The position numbers were made by a program, and so were the translations under genes. DNA of 64,000 nucleotides from assembly GCF_000737315.1 (NCBI RefSeq), contig NZ_JMCB01000004.1:310001-374000 (forward strand), given 5' to 3'. Positions within the stretch are counted from its first letter, which is position 1. Every line of letters begins with the position of its first letter. Under the pieces are notes generated by a model. The model was not told the DNA's origin. It worked only from the letters and a program-made list of their open reading frames with translations, and searched no databases. Source of the stretch: Hyalangium minutum (GTDB lineage: Bacteria; Myxococcota; Myxococcia; Myxococcales; Myxococcaceae). Positions 42,691-52,364 of this stretch are shown piece by piece.

Positions 42691-42887
42691 GGCGGTACCT
42701 CCGAGGCGGGATAGAACCTGGTAGGTAGGATCACCTCATCTGACCGGGCAGGTCAAGACTTCTCCATCCAACCCTGTGGGTCAATGAGTTGTGCGAGGAG
42801 TCGCCCCCGAGGAAGGGAGAGCCCCCCAGCCGAGGGTTTTGGCCCGGAGGTTGACGAGCTTGGGGACTTTCCGTTACTCATAGTCCC

Positions 42888-42980
42888 GTGCGTCTTGCTT
42901 CCGTGCATCACCATCATGCGCATCATCGGCTCGGCCCTGACGGGACCGCTCGCCGCGCGCATGCCTGGATGACTGCCTGA
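42888..42980 (+). CDS. hisL: his operon leader peptide (30 aa, HHHHAHH)
   Basis: GTG 42888: MRLASVHHHHAHHRLGPDGTARRAHAWMTA*, followed by a terminator hairpin and hisG. Confidence 0.8.
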   Translation: MRLASVHHHHAHHRLGPDGTARRAHAWMTA

Positions 42981-43015
42981 CACGCACCTTCCTCCCGGCC
43001 CTGCCGCAGTGACCG

Positions 43016-43046
43016 AAAGCCCGTCCCCCCCCGGACGGGCTTTTTT
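43016..43046 (+). terminator. Attenuator terminator of the his operon
   Basis: AAAGCCCGTCC-CCCCCC-GGACGGGCTTT perfect 11-bp stem followed by a T tract. Confidence 0.88.
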
Positions 43047-43089
43047 CATTTCCGCGCCCACCTTTCACTCACTCCACTGGAACTCGCCC

Positions 43090-43947
43090 ATGCTGAAGAT
43101 CGCCCTTCCCAACAAAGGCCGCCTCTCCGAGGAGGTCCGTGAGCTGTTCAACGATGCAGGTCTCGAGGTCCGCGCCCGAGGCGAGCGAGCGCTCACTGCC
43201 TCCCTCGGCGGCGAGTTCGAGGCCATCTTCGTCCGGGCCCAGGACATCCCCGAGTTCGTCGCCGATGGCGCTGCTCAGGCGGGCGTTACGGGCTGGGATC
43301 TCGTCAACGAGGCCGGCCGCGAGCTGGACCTGCTGATGGACCTGGAGTTCGGCAAGTGCCGGCTCGTGGTGGCGGCCCGCGAGGAGAGCGGAATCACTTC
43401 CGCGGACGGGGTGAAGGATGGGATGCGCGTGGCCTCCTGCTTCCCCCGCCTCACCCAGGACTACTTCGCCAAGCGGGGCCAGCAGGTCACCGTGGTCCCC
43501 GTGTCCGGCGCCGCTGAGATTGCCCCTCACCTGGGCATCGCCGACATCGTCGTGGACCTGACTTCCACTGGCTCCACGCTCAAGATGAACGGCCTGCGCG
43601 AGGTGGCCACGGTCCTGGAGTCCAGCGCCCGGCTCGTGGCCTGCAAGCGCAATGACGCGGAGGCCTCGCAGAAGCTCGAGGAGCTGAAGCAGGCGCTGGG
43701 CTCGGTGCTGGCGGCCCGAGGCAAGCGCTACCTGATGACCAACGTGCCTCGGAAGGTGCTCCCCCAGGTGCGCGAGGTGCTCCCAGGCCTCAATGGTCCC
43801 ACCGTGGTGGACATCATGAATGGCGGCGACTTCGTGGCCGTGCACGCCGTCGTCTCCGCCAAGACGATCTACCGCACCATCAACGCCCTCAAGGCCATGG
43901 GCTGTGAGGGCATCCTCGTCACTCGCATCGAGAGGTTGATGCCGTGA
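43090..43947 (+). CDS. hisG: ATP phosphoribosyltransferase (long form)
   Basis: MLKIALPNKGRL, DLTSTGSTL, C-terminal regulatory domain. Confidence 0.95.
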   Translation: MLKIALPNKGRLSEEVRELFNDAGLEVRARGERALTASLGGEFEAIFVRAQDIPEFVADGAAQAGVTGWDLVNEAGRELDLLMDLEFGKCRLVVAAREESGITSADGVKDGMRVASCFPRLTQDYFAKRGQQVTVVPVSGAAEIAPHLGIADIVVDLTSTGSTLKMNGLREVATVLESSARLVACKRNDAEASQKLEELKQALGSVLAARGKRYLMTNVPRKVLPQVREVLPGLNGPTVVDIMNGGDFVAVHAVVSAKTIYRTINALKAMGCEGILVTRIERLMP

Positions 43948-45245
43948 GCACTCGGACCCTCAAGTATCGCGGCCCCCTGGCCGCTCTGTCCGCCGAGGAC
44001 AAGCGCCGCCTCTTGGATCGCTCGGGAGAGTCGGACGCCCAGGTTGCTACCCGCGTCCGGGACATCATCGCCCGGGTCCGCAAGGACGGGGACCGCGCGC
44101 TGCTCGACATGGCGCGCGAGCTCGACCGTGCCAACCTCACCTCCGTCGAGGTGCCTCGGGCCCGCTGGGAGGCCGCGCTTGCCTCGCTGGACCCGAAAGT
44201 GCGCCGCGCCCTGGAGCGCGCCGCCCGCAACATCGCCAAGGCCCACGAAGCACAGAAGCCCCACGCCATCGAGGTGGAGACCGAGCCCGGCATTGTGGTC
44301 GGCCGCCGTCCCGATCCGCTCGGGCGCGTGGGTGTGTATGCACCTGGCGGCCGGGCCGTGTATCCCAGCAGTGTGTTGATGGGCGTGGTGCCCGCGAAGG
44401 TGGCCGGGGTAGGGGAGGTCATCGTCTGCTCGCCTCCTGGGCCCGATGGGCTGCCCGCGGCCGGAGTGCTCGCAGCGGCCGCCCTGGCAGGCGCGGATCG
44501 CGTCTTCGCCCTCGGTGGTGCCGGAGCGGTTGCCGCCATGGCCTACGGAACCCAGAGCGTGCCGCGCGTGGATCGCATCGTCGGTCCCGGCAATGCCTAT
44601 GTCGCCGCTGCCAAGCTCCAGGTGGTGGACGCGGTGGCCATCGACGCTCCGGCGGGGCCGAGTGAGATCCTCGTCGTCGCGGACCGCTCGGTGGACCCCG
44701 AGGCCGTGGCGCGAGAGATGCTGGCGCAGGCCGAGCACGATCCGGATGCCTGCTGTGTCACCCTGGCCGTGAGCGTGACGGTCGCCGAGACCATCGCCGC
44801 TGCGGTGGAGCGGGCCGCCGCCAAGGCCCAGCGACGGGAGATCGTCACCACCGCGCTGCGAGAGCGCGGCGCCGTGCTGAGCGTGGACTCCCTGGAGGAG
44901 GCCTGGCCCTTCGTCTCCGAGTTCGCCCCCGAGCACCTGCTCATCGCCACGGCGATGCCTCGGGAGCACCTGGAGCGCGTCCGCAACTGCGGCACCGTCT
45001 TCCTCGGCGAGCGCGCCTCCGTCGCCTTCGGGGACTACATGACGGGCGCCAACCATGTGCTGCCCACGGCGGGCCTGGGGCACGCGTACTCGGGGCTGTC
45101 GGTGCTCGACTTCTACCGCTGGACCACCTACCAGCACGTGGACCACGCTGCGGCGGCCCAGCTCGCGGAGGATGTGGGCGTGCTCGCCGACAGCGAGGGG
45201 CTCTTCGCCCACGCAGAGGCCGCTCGTGCCTGGAGGAAGCCATGA
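43944..45245 (+). CDS. hisD: Histidinol dehydrogenase
   Basis: YAPGG, GPGNAYV, AGPSEI, QAEHD, APEHL, GANHVLPT. Confidence 0.96.
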   Translation: MSTRTLKYRGPLAALSAEDKRRLLDRSGESDAQVATRVRDIIARVRKDGDRALLDMARELDRANLTSVEVPRARWEAALASLDPKVRRALERAARNIAKAHEAQKPHAIEVETEPGIVVGRRPDPLGRVGVYAPGGRAVYPSSVLMGVVPAKVAGVGEVIVCSPPGPDGLPAAGVLAAAALAGADRVFALGGAGAVAAMAYGTQSVPRVDRIVGPGNAYVAAAKLQVVDAVAIDAPAGPSEILVVADRSVDPEAVAREMLAQAEHDPDACCVTLAVSVTVAETIAAAVERAAAKAQRREIVTTALRERGAVLSVDSLEEAWPFVSEFAPEHLLIATAMPREHLERVRNCGTVFLGERASVAFGDYMTGANHVLPTAGLGHAYSGLSVLDFYRWTTYQHVDHAAAAQLAEDVGVLADSEGLFAHAEAARAWRKP

Positions 45246-46279
45246 CTCCCCGCAGAGCTTCCTATGAGGGCATCTCGCTCTACTCGCCGCCCGCTGTGCC
45301 CTGCCGCGTCGACCTGAGCGACAACACCAACCTCTTCGGTATGCCTCCGGCCGCCGAGCAGGCCCTGCGTGACTTCACGCCCTCGCTCATCACGCGCTAC
45401 CCCGTCAGCTACGCCCCCGAGCTCAAGAAGGCCCTCTCCGCCTACAGCGGCTTCGAGGCCTCCTGGCTCACCACGGGCTGCGGCTCGGACGATCTGATCG
45501 ACTGCGCCTTGCGCGCCTTCCTGGAGCCCGGCGAGCGCATCGCCGTCCCTGAGCCGTCCTTCTCGATGATGTCCTACTTCGCGAAGGTGAATGGCCTCCA
45601 GTACACCCCCGTGCCGCTCCGGTCTGACTTCGAGATCGATGTGGACGGGCTGCTCGCCACGGGGGCACGGCTCATCTACGTGTGCTCGCCGAACAACCCC
45701 ACGGGAACGGTGGTCTCTCGCGCCGTGCTCGAGCGGCTGGTGGATGCGGCCCCGGGCATCGTCCTCCTCGACGAGGCCTATACGGAGTTCGCCAGCGCGA
45801 GCCACGTGGATCTGGCGCGCTCGCGGCCCAACGTGATCGTGACACGGACGCTCTCCAAGGCCTTCGGCCTCGCGGGCATGCGCGTGGGTTATGCCATCGG
45901 CCGCCCCGAGCTCGTGGCCGAGATTGAGAAGGCGCGCGGTCCGTACAAGCACTCCGGCCTCGCCGAGCGCATGGCCATTGCCGCGCTCACCGAGGGCGTC
46001 TCCTGGGTGAAGGCCCGCGCCGAGGACGCAAAGGAGATCCGCAAGCGGCTGGTCGCGGAGCTGAAGGCGCAGGGGCTGGAGCCGCTGCCTTCGGAGGCCA
46101 ACTTCGTGCTCGTCCCGCTGCCGGGGGCTCCCCAGGTGGCGGCGCGGATGCGCGAGCGGGACGTGAACGTGAGGGCCTTCCAAGGGCTGGCCGGAGTCGG
46201 GGATGCGCTCCGGATCGGCTGTGGACCCTGGCCCCTGATGGAGGCGGCGCTCCAGGCGCTGCGGGAGGCACGGCGGTGA
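45242..46279 (+). CDS. hisC: Histidinol-phosphate aminotransferase
   Basis: GSDDLI, SPNNPTG, DEAY, RTLSKAFGLAGMRVGY. Confidence 0.95.
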   Translation: MTPRRASYEGISLYSPPAVPCRVDLSDNTNLFGMPPAAEQALRDFTPSLITRYPVSYAPELKKALSAYSGFEASWLTTGCGSDDLIDCALRAFLEPGERIAVPEPSFSMMSYFAKVNGLQYTPVPLRSDFEIDVDGLLATGARLIYVCSPNNPTGTVVSRAVLERLVDAAPGIVLLDEAYTEFASASHVDLARSRPNVIVTRTLSKAFGLAGMRVGYAIGRPELVAEIEKARGPYKHSGLAERMAIAALTEGVSWVKARAEDAKEIRKRLVAELKAQGLEPLPSEANFVLVPLPGAPQVAARMRERDVNVRAFQGLAGVGDALRIGCGPWPLMEAALQALREARR

Positions 46280-46869
46280 GAGTCACTCTGTTCGACTATG
46301 GCGCGGGCAACATCCACTCGCTGGCCAAGGCGCTCGCCACGGCCTCCGGCGCTGACGTTCGCGTGCAGACGGATCCCGTCAAGGCACTCGACACGGACGT
46401 GCTCGTGCTGCCCGGTGTGGGCGCATTCGGCGCCGCCGCCGCCCGCATGGAGCCTGGACGTGAGCAGATGCGCCAAGCCCTGGAGCAGGGTCTGCCGTGC
46501 CTTGGTATCTGCCTGGGCATGCAGCTCCTCTTCGAGTCCAGTGAGGAAGGCGAAGGCCGAGGGCTGGGCCTCTTCAAAGGCCGCGTCACCCGGCTGCGCG
46601 CGAAGCATGTGCCCCACATCGGCTGGAACTCCGTGGAGGAGGACTCCGCGCTGAAGGGGGCGAAGCTCGACACCGTCTACTACGCGCACAGCTTCGCCTG
46701 CCGCGCCGAGGAGCCTGAGGCGGTGGTGGGCTGGACCTCCCACGAGGAGGATCGCTTCCCGGCCTCGGTGCGGCGAGGCAAGGTGCTCGGGGTGCAGTTC
46801 CATCCCGAGAAGAGCTCCGCCGCCGGGGTGAAGTTCGTCCAGGCGTTCCTCCGGGAGGTGGCGCCGTGA
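46276..46869 (+). CDS. hisH: Imidazole glycerol phosphate synthase glutaminase subunit
   Basis: LPGVG, GICLGMQ, QFHPEKS. Confidence 0.95.
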   Translation: MRVTLFDYGAGNIHSLAKALATASGADVRVQTDPVKALDTDVLVLPGVGAFGAAAARMEPGREQMRQALEQGLPCLGICLGMQLLFESSEEGEGRGLGLFKGRVTRLRAKHVPHIGWNSVEEDSALKGAKLDTVYYAHSFACRAEEPEAVVGWTSHEEDRFPASVRRGKVLGVQFHPEKSSAAGVKFVQAFLREVAP

Positions 46870-47579
46870 TTGCCATCCCCGCCATCGATCTCCGAGAGGG
46901 CGCGTGCGTGCAGCTCGTGGGCGGCTCGTATGACGCCGAGCGCGTTCGCGTGAACGATCCGCTCGACGCGCTGAAGAAGTGGCGTGCCCTCGGCTTCAAG
47001 ACCTTCCATGTGGTGGACCTGGACGCGGCGCTCGGCAAGGGCGCCAACCCGGACGCCATCGCCCGGCTGCTGGGCCACGAGCCCGGTCTCACCTTCACGG
47101 TGGGCGGCGGCGTGCGCGACACGGCCAAGATCGAGACCGTGCTCGCCACCGGCGCCTCCTTTGTCGTGGTCGGCACCCGGGCCATCGAGGACACGCCCTG
47201 GCTCTCCGAGATGGCCCACCGTTTCCCGGGCCGCATCGTGGTGGCCGCGGACGTGAAGGGCCGTGAGGTGGTGACGCGCGGCTGGACCGCCGGGAGCGCT
47301 CGGGATGTCGCCGACGTGCTCACGGCCCTGAATCCCCTCGACTTGGGTGGACTGCTCGTCACCGCTGTCCACAAGGAGGGGCAGATGGGGGGTGTGGACC
47401 TGCCGCTCATGCAGGAGGTGGTGCGCGGCACCCGGCACCGCGTCTATGCCTCGGGTGGAGTGACGACCCTGGAGGATCTTCGGGCCCTGGCGGACGCTGG
47501 GGCCTATGGCGCCGTCATCGGCATGGCGCTCTACACTGGCAAGCTCGACGCGGCCGCGGTCGCACGGGAGTTCGCATGA
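46866..47579 (+). CDS. hisA: ProFAR isomerase
   Basis: IPAIDL, HVVDLD, VGGGVR, ASGGV. Confidence 0.93.
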   Translation: MIAIPAIDLREGACVQLVGGSYDAERVRVNDPLDALKKWRALGFKTFHVVDLDAALGKGANPDAIARLLGHEPGLTFTVGGGVRDTAKIETVLATGASFVVVGTRAIEDTPWLSEMAHRFPGRIVVAADVKGREVVTRGWTAGSARDVADVLTALNPLDLGGLLVTAVHKEGQMGGVDLPLMQEVVRGTRHRVYASGGVTTLEDLRALADAGAYGAVIGMALYTGKLDAAAVAREFA

Positions 47580-48112
47580 CTGTCGTGACTCGAGAGACGA
47601 AGGAGACCCAGATCCGCGTGGAGCTGACGCGCGGTCAGGGTGTGGCCAAGGTCGACACCAGCCTGAAGTTCTTCGACCACATGCTCGGCACCTTCGCCAA
47701 GTACGCAGGGCTGGACATGAACCTTCACGCACGTGGGGACCTGCGGCACCACATCATGGAGGACGTGGCCATCGCCGTGGGCACCGCCGTCTACCAGATC
47801 ATCCCGCCCACCGCCGCCCGCTACGGCGAGCGCACCATCCCCATGGATGACGCGCTGGTGCACGCGGCCATCGACACCTGCGGCCGCTTCTACTACCGCG
47901 GCCCGCTGCGCAATAAGCTCTACGACCACTGGATGCGCTCCTTTTGCGAGCACGCGAAGGTGACGCTCCACGTCCGAGTCCTCCGAGGCCGCGACAGCCA
48001 CCACCTCACCGAGGCCGCCTTCAAGGCCGTGGGCCTGGCGCTGCGCGATGCGCTGGTGGACTCCGGCACAGTCTTCAGCACCAAGGGCTCCGTGGCCCTG
48101 GAGGTGAAGTGA
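47576..48112 (+). CDS. hisB: Imidazoleglycerol-phosphate dehydratase
   Basis: [34 protein letters not shown]. Confidence 0.93.
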   Translation: MTVVTRETKETQIRVELTRGQGVAKVDTSLKFFDHMLGTFAKYAGLDMNLHARGDLRHHIMEDVAIAVGTAVYQIIPPTAARYGERTIPMDDALVHAAIDTCGRFYYRGPLRNKLYDHWMRSFCEHAKVTLHVRVLRGRDSHHLTEAAFKAVGLALRDALVDSGTVFSTKGSVALEVK

Positions 48113-48873
48113 TGCTCACCCGACGGCTGATCGTCTGCCTGGACATGAAAGGCGGCCGGGTCGTGAAGGGCGTCCAGTTCGAGGGACTGCGAGACGTGGG
48201 CGATCCCGTGGAGCTGGCCCTGCGCTACGAGGCCGAGGGCGCCGACGAGATCACCTTCCTCGACATCTCCGCCAGCCACGAGGAGCGCGAGACGCTCTGG
48301 GAGGTGGTCCACCGCACCGCCGAGCGTCTCTTCATCCCCCTCACCGTGGGCGGCGGCGTGCGCACCGCGGACGACGTGGGCCGGGCGCTCCGGGCCGGTG
48401 CGGACAAGGTGAGCATGAACTCCGCTGCGGTGGCCCACCCCGAGCTGCTCACCGCCTGCGCGGAGCGCTTCGGCGCCCAGTGCGTGGTGGCCAGCATCGA
48501 CGCCCGGCGCGAGGGTAACGGCTGGCGCGTCTACACCCGCGGCGGCCGGACGCCCACGGACCTGGACGCGGTGGCCTGGGCCCGCGAGTGTGTGAAACGC
48601 GGCGCGGGCGAGGTTCTCCTCACCAGCATCGATCGCGACGGGGCCCGTTCGGGGTATGACCTGGACCTGACGCGGGCCGTCGCCGAGGCGGTGGACGTAC
48701 CGGTCATCGCCTCGGGTGGGGCGGGGAACGCGGAGCATGTCCGGGCCGCGCTCACGGAGGGGAAGGCGGACGCGGCGCTGGTGGCGGGCATCCTCCATGA
48801 CGGCCTCACCACCGTCGGGGCGATCAAGACGCTGCTCCAAGGGAGCGGCTTGAGAATCAGGAGCGTCGCATGA
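48112..48873 (+). CDS. hisF: Imidazole glycerol phosphate synthase cyclase subunit
   Basis: [37 protein letters not shown]. Confidence 0.95.
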   Translation: MLTRRLIVCLDMKGGRVVKGVQFEGLRDVGDPVELALRYEAEGADEITFLDISASHEERETLWEVVHRTAERLFIPLTVGGGVRTADDVGRALRAGADKVSMNSAAVAHPELLTACAERFGAQCVVASIDARREGNGWRVYTRGGRTPTDLDAVAWARECVKRGAGEVLLTSIDRDGARSGYDLDLTRAVAEAVDVPVIASGGAGNAEHVRAALTEGKADAALVAGILHDGLTTVGAIKTLLQGSGLRIRSVA

Positions 48874-49652
48874 CGACGGAAGCGCAGGGATTGATGCAGG
48901 CCGCCGCCGAGGTGGCTCGGAAGTCCGGCAACGTGGCGCTCGAGTTCTTCCGCAAGGGCGTCACCGTAGACATCAAGGGAGACGGTACCCCCGTCACGGT
49001 GGCGGACCGCACCTCCGAGCAGACCGCGCGCGAGTGGATCGAGGCGCGCTTCCCCCAGGACGGCATCCTCGGCGAGGAGTTCGGCGAGACGCGGCCCGGT
49101 GCCAAGCGCCGGTGGATCCTGGATCCCATCGACGGCACCAAGACGTTCATCCGCGGCGTGCCGCTGTGGGGCACGCTGGTGGCGGTGGCCGAGGGCGAGC
49201 GCATCCTCGCGGGCGCCGCCTACTTCCCGGCCGTGAGCGAGCTGCTGGTGGCCTCTCCGGGACAGGGCTGCTACTGGAACGACAAGCTCACGAAGGTCTC
49301 CATCGTGTCGCAGCTCTCGCAGGCGGTAGTGCTCTCCACGGACGAGCGCTTCATCCAGTCCCCCGAGAAGGGGAACGCCTGGCGGGCGCTCGCGGCGAAG
49401 GCCTCCATGGATCGCACCTGGGGTGACTGCTACGGCTACCTCCTGGTGGCCACGGGCCGCGCCGAGGTGATGGTGGATGAGTTCCTCTCCCCTTGGGACG
49501 CAGCGGCGCTCCAGCCCATCATCGACGAGGCGGGTGGGGTGTTCACCGACTGGACGGGGGCGCCCACCTCGTTCGGTGGCAATGGCATCGCGACGAACGG
49601 CGCACTCGGGGCGCAGGTGCGCGAGCTGCTCGGTGCGACGAAGAGGACGTGA
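48870..49652 (+). CDS. hisN: Histidinol-phosphate phosphatase (inositol monophosphatase family)
   Basis: [26 protein letters not shown], position in the his operon. Confidence 0.88.
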   Translation: MTTEAQGLMQAAAEVARKSGNVALEFFRKGVTVDIKGDGTPVTVADRTSEQTAREWIEARFPQDGILGEEFGETRPGAKRRWILDPIDGTKTFIRGVPLWGTLVAVAEGERILAGAAYFPAVSELLVASPGQGCYWNDKLTKVSIVSQLSQAVVLSTDERFIQSPEKGNAWRALAAKASMDRTWGDCYGYLLVATGRAEVMVDEFLSPWDAAALQPIIDEAGGVFTDWTGAPTSFGGNGIATNGALGAQVRELLGATKRT

Positions 49653-50266
49653 TGCTGGATCTCTCCAAGCTGGACTTCACCAAAGGCAATGGGCTCGTCA
49701 CCGTGGTGACGCAGGACGCGCGCTCGGGCGATCTGCTCATGGTGGCGCACGCGGATCGCGAGGCGCTCGAGCGCACGCTGGCTACCGGCGAGATGCACTA
49801 CCGCTCGCGCACGCGCGGCCTCTGGCACAAGGGCGCCACCAGCGGCAATGTGCAGCGCGTGGTGTCCCTCTCGGCGGACTGTGATGGTGACGCGGTGCTC
49901 GCGCGCGTGGAGAAGGCCGGCCCCGCGTGCCACACCGGCCAGGAGACGTGCTTCGGTCCCGGGAAGCTGGACGCGCTGGCCGCCCTGGATGCGACGATCA
50001 CCGAGCGCGCCTCCCAGGCCCCACAGCCCGGCGAGAAGCCCAGCTACACCCGGCGCCTCCTGGACGACCGGAACCTGCGTCTCAAGAAGATCGGCGAGGA
50101 GGCTGCGGAGCTTGTCACCGCCTGCGCGGACGGCGACAAGGTCCGCGCCGTGGAGGAGGCTGCGGACGTGCTCTACCATCTGCTCGTTGCGGTCCGGCCC
50201 CTCGGCATCACCCTGGACGACGTGAAGCAGACCTTGGCTCAGCGCGCAGCGAAACCCGCCAGGTGA
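49652..50266 (+). CDS. hisIE: Bifunctional phosphoribosyl-AMP cyclohydrolase / phosphoribosyl-ATP pyrophosphatase
   Basis: KGATSG, DCDGD, ACHTG..TCF, KKIGEEAAE, DVLYH. Confidence 0.94.
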   Translation: MLDLSKLDFTKGNGLVTVVTQDARSGDLLMVAHADREALERTLATGEMHYRSRTRGLWHKGATSGNVQRVVSLSADCDGDAVLARVEKAGPACHTGQETCFGPGKLDALAALDATITERASQAPQPGEKPSYTRRLLDDRNLRLKKIGEEAAELVTACADGDKVRAVEEAADVLYHLLVAVRPLGITLDDVKQTLAQRAAKPAR

Positions 50267-50369
50267 ATGAGGTTCTTGGGCCACACACCCACCGGTGCCG
50301 TGCCCCGCTGGCGTCTGATTCCGCGGGGTTGAGTGCCGGTGCATTTCCTGCAGTCCGCGCCCGGCATGA

Positions 50370-50477
50370 GGGGGCCGGGTCCTGGAGCAGCTCCAGGCCC
50401 AGGGCTACCGCTTTGTCACCGTCTCCGAGCTCCTGGCGCTCAAGCCGGCCGATATGTCCTCCGCCGCCGGACGTTGA
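50370..50477 (+). pseudogene. 3' remnant of a NodB-type polysaccharide deacetylase
   Basis: RVLEQLQAQGYRFVTVSELLALK...* matches the typical 'L..xGYxFVTvxEL' C-terminus; in-frame TGA directly upstream (50367-50369), no start. Confidence 0.6.
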
Positions 50478-50517
50478 GGCAATAGCGGGCCGTAAACCCG
50501 TGTAGGAGGTCTCCACG

Positions 50518-51024
50518 ATGTCCGAGCTGTCGGAAGAGGTGCGCGTCCAAGTGGCCCGTTTGCGTCATCTTCTGATCGACGTAGGCCGCCAGGGCATCTT
50601 CTCCAGTCCGCTCGCAGCGCCTGCTGAAGGCGATATGGAGCCACTCCACTTCGAGTCGCTCTGGTGGCTGCGCGCCGAGGGCTTCCTGACGATCAACACG
50701 CTGGCGGAGCGGCTCGGGGGGGTCGCCATGCCGCGCATGTCTCGCATGATCGATCGTCTGGAGGAGGCCGGCTGGGTCCAGCGGGTGAAGATCGTCCGCG
50801 AGGATCGCCGGCATGTGAGTGTGCGGCTGACGGACTCGGGACGAGCCCAGGCCGAGCAGGTCGATGCGCTCGTTCAGGCGCGCATGGCCCGGCTGCTGCT
50901 GCCGCTGGCGGGAGAGGATCGCAGCGCGCTCATGGATCTCCTCGAACGTTGGGTGGAAGCAGTCGGCCGAGCGACCCAACAGGTTGACTCGGAGTCCCTC
51001 GCCCTGTCAGCCTCTGACGGTTAG
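50518..51024 (+). CDS. MarR family transcriptional regulator
   Basis: SRMIDRLEEAGWVQR...EDRR...VRLTDSG. Confidence 0.85.
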   Translation: MSELSEEVRVQVARLRHLLIDVGRQGIFSSPLAAPAEGDMEPLHFESLWWLRAEGFLTINTLAERLGGVAMPRMSRMIDRLEEAGWVQRVKIVREDRRHVSVRLTDSGRAQAEQVDALVQARMARLLLPLAGEDRSALMDLLERWVEAVGRATQQVDSESLALSASDG

Positions 51025-51158
51025 TCGTCGCAGCACGGGTCTTGGGTCCTCAGGGTCCCGAAGCTCTACGGCCCCGCCACCGGGGCGGGTGGACCTTGGA
51101 GCGCTCGCTCCGGTGGCGTGGGCCGTTTTTCCGGATGGGCTCTTATACAATCGAACCC

Positions 51159-51716
51159 ATGCCCGCTCGCAGGCCAGGCCTCGTCCGAGCCACCCTCGTC
51201 CTCGTGTTTCTGGGAGCGACGCTGGGATCCGCGCTCGATGCCATCCACTCGCACTTCGGGGCCGTGAGCTACACGACCCCTGTCTTCGCCAAGGCCGCCT
51301 GGTGGGTCCCACTGCTCTTTGCTGGAGCGTATGGGACGGCCATCGGGCGGCCGCTGATCGCACCCCACGAACCGCTCCTGCCAGGGTGGAAGGTGGTCCT
51401 GGGGATGGCGCTCTTCATCGGGGCCTACTGGCTCACCGTGGCCCCGGTGAGTTGGCCCGTGCGCTGTGTCCTCTTGAGCGCCATCTTCGTGGGGGGCTGG
51501 GCGATCTGTGACCGGAGACCGCTCGGGTGGCTCATCGCGGCGCTGGCCGCGTTCTTCGGACCGGTGGTGGAGATCACGCTGCTGCGCGCGGGTGTCTTCG
51601 TCCACCACGAGGCGCACGTCCTCGCGATCCCCTACTGGCTCCCGTTGATCTACGCCTGCGCGTCGGTGGGGCTCGGCGCCCTGGCTCGATGGCTCACGGC
51701 GCCTCGGGCCGCTTGA
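51159..51716 (+). CDS. INSIG-like six-helix membrane protein
   Basis: Start ATG 51159; DAIHSHFG..SY...WWVPLL and GPVVEITLLRAGVF...PYWLPLIY resemble the mycobacterial INSIG homologue pattern from recall. Confidence 0.55.
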   Translation: MPARRPGLVRATLVLVFLGATLGSALDAIHSHFGAVSYTTPVFAKAAWWVPLLFAGAYGTAIGRPLIAPHEPLLPGWKVVLGMALFIGAYWLTVAPVSWPVRCVLLSAIFVGGWAICDRRPLGWLIAALAAFFGPVVEITLLRAGVFVHHEAHVLAIPYWLPLIYACASVGLGALARWLTAPRAA

Positions 51717-51773
51717 GTCGCTTCGGGGGTGCCAGGCGGGTCCATTCCGGACAAGGCGTGAGATAGGACGGCG

Positions 51774-52331
51774 TCAGGTGGAGGTGAAGCGGTGGGGGCC
51801 CGTGAGGCCCTGCGCGTCGAACCACTTGCGAGCCGCCTGGATGTGGAGCGGGAAGGCGAAGACCTCCTCCAGACCTGCTGGCCCGAAGACGAGGCCTCGC
51901 TCCTCCGTCTCGTGGCTCGGCGTGAACGCGGGGATCGTGGAGCGTTCGAGCGTGGACGCTACCGAGAACAGCAGCACCCGGTTGGGCACGGGCTCGGTGC
52001 TCGTGAACCACAGGGGCTGGAGCTTCGACGCGTCCACCTTCACACCCGTTTCTTCGAGGATCTCTCGTGCGCCGCCCACCTGCCAGCTCTCGTGCTCCTC
52101 CAGGAAGCCGCCCGCCAGCGCCAGCTTGCCCTTGCCCGGCATGATGCCGCGCCTCACCACGAGCAGCCCCACGCCTTGCTCCGCACGCACCGGCACGAGC
52201 ACCACCGACACCGGGATGGGGTTGGCCCAGACTGTGGCCTTGCACGCGGAGTTGATGCAGGTGCGGGGGTAGGCGAGCGGCTCCGGGAACGCGGAGCCAC
52301 AGGATGAGCAGAAGCGGTCCTTGGTCGGCAT
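51774..52331 (-). CDS. NUDIX hydrolase with N-terminal zinc ribbon
   Basis: FCSSCG...TC....C, ANPIP, GGFLEEHES...GAREILEETG. Confidence 0.88.
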   Translation of the reverse strand: MPTKDRFCSSCGSAFPEPLAYPRTCINSACKATVWANPIPVSVVLVPVRAEQGVGLLVVRRGIMPGKGKLALAGGFLEEHESWQVGGAREILEETGVKVDASKLQPLWFTSTEPVPNRVLLFSVASTLERSTIPAFTPSHETEERGLVFGPAGLEEVFAFPLHIQAARKWFDAQGLTGPHRFTST

Positions 52332-52364
52332 GGTACCGGCCATGATAGGCGGTGTGGCTGCGGA

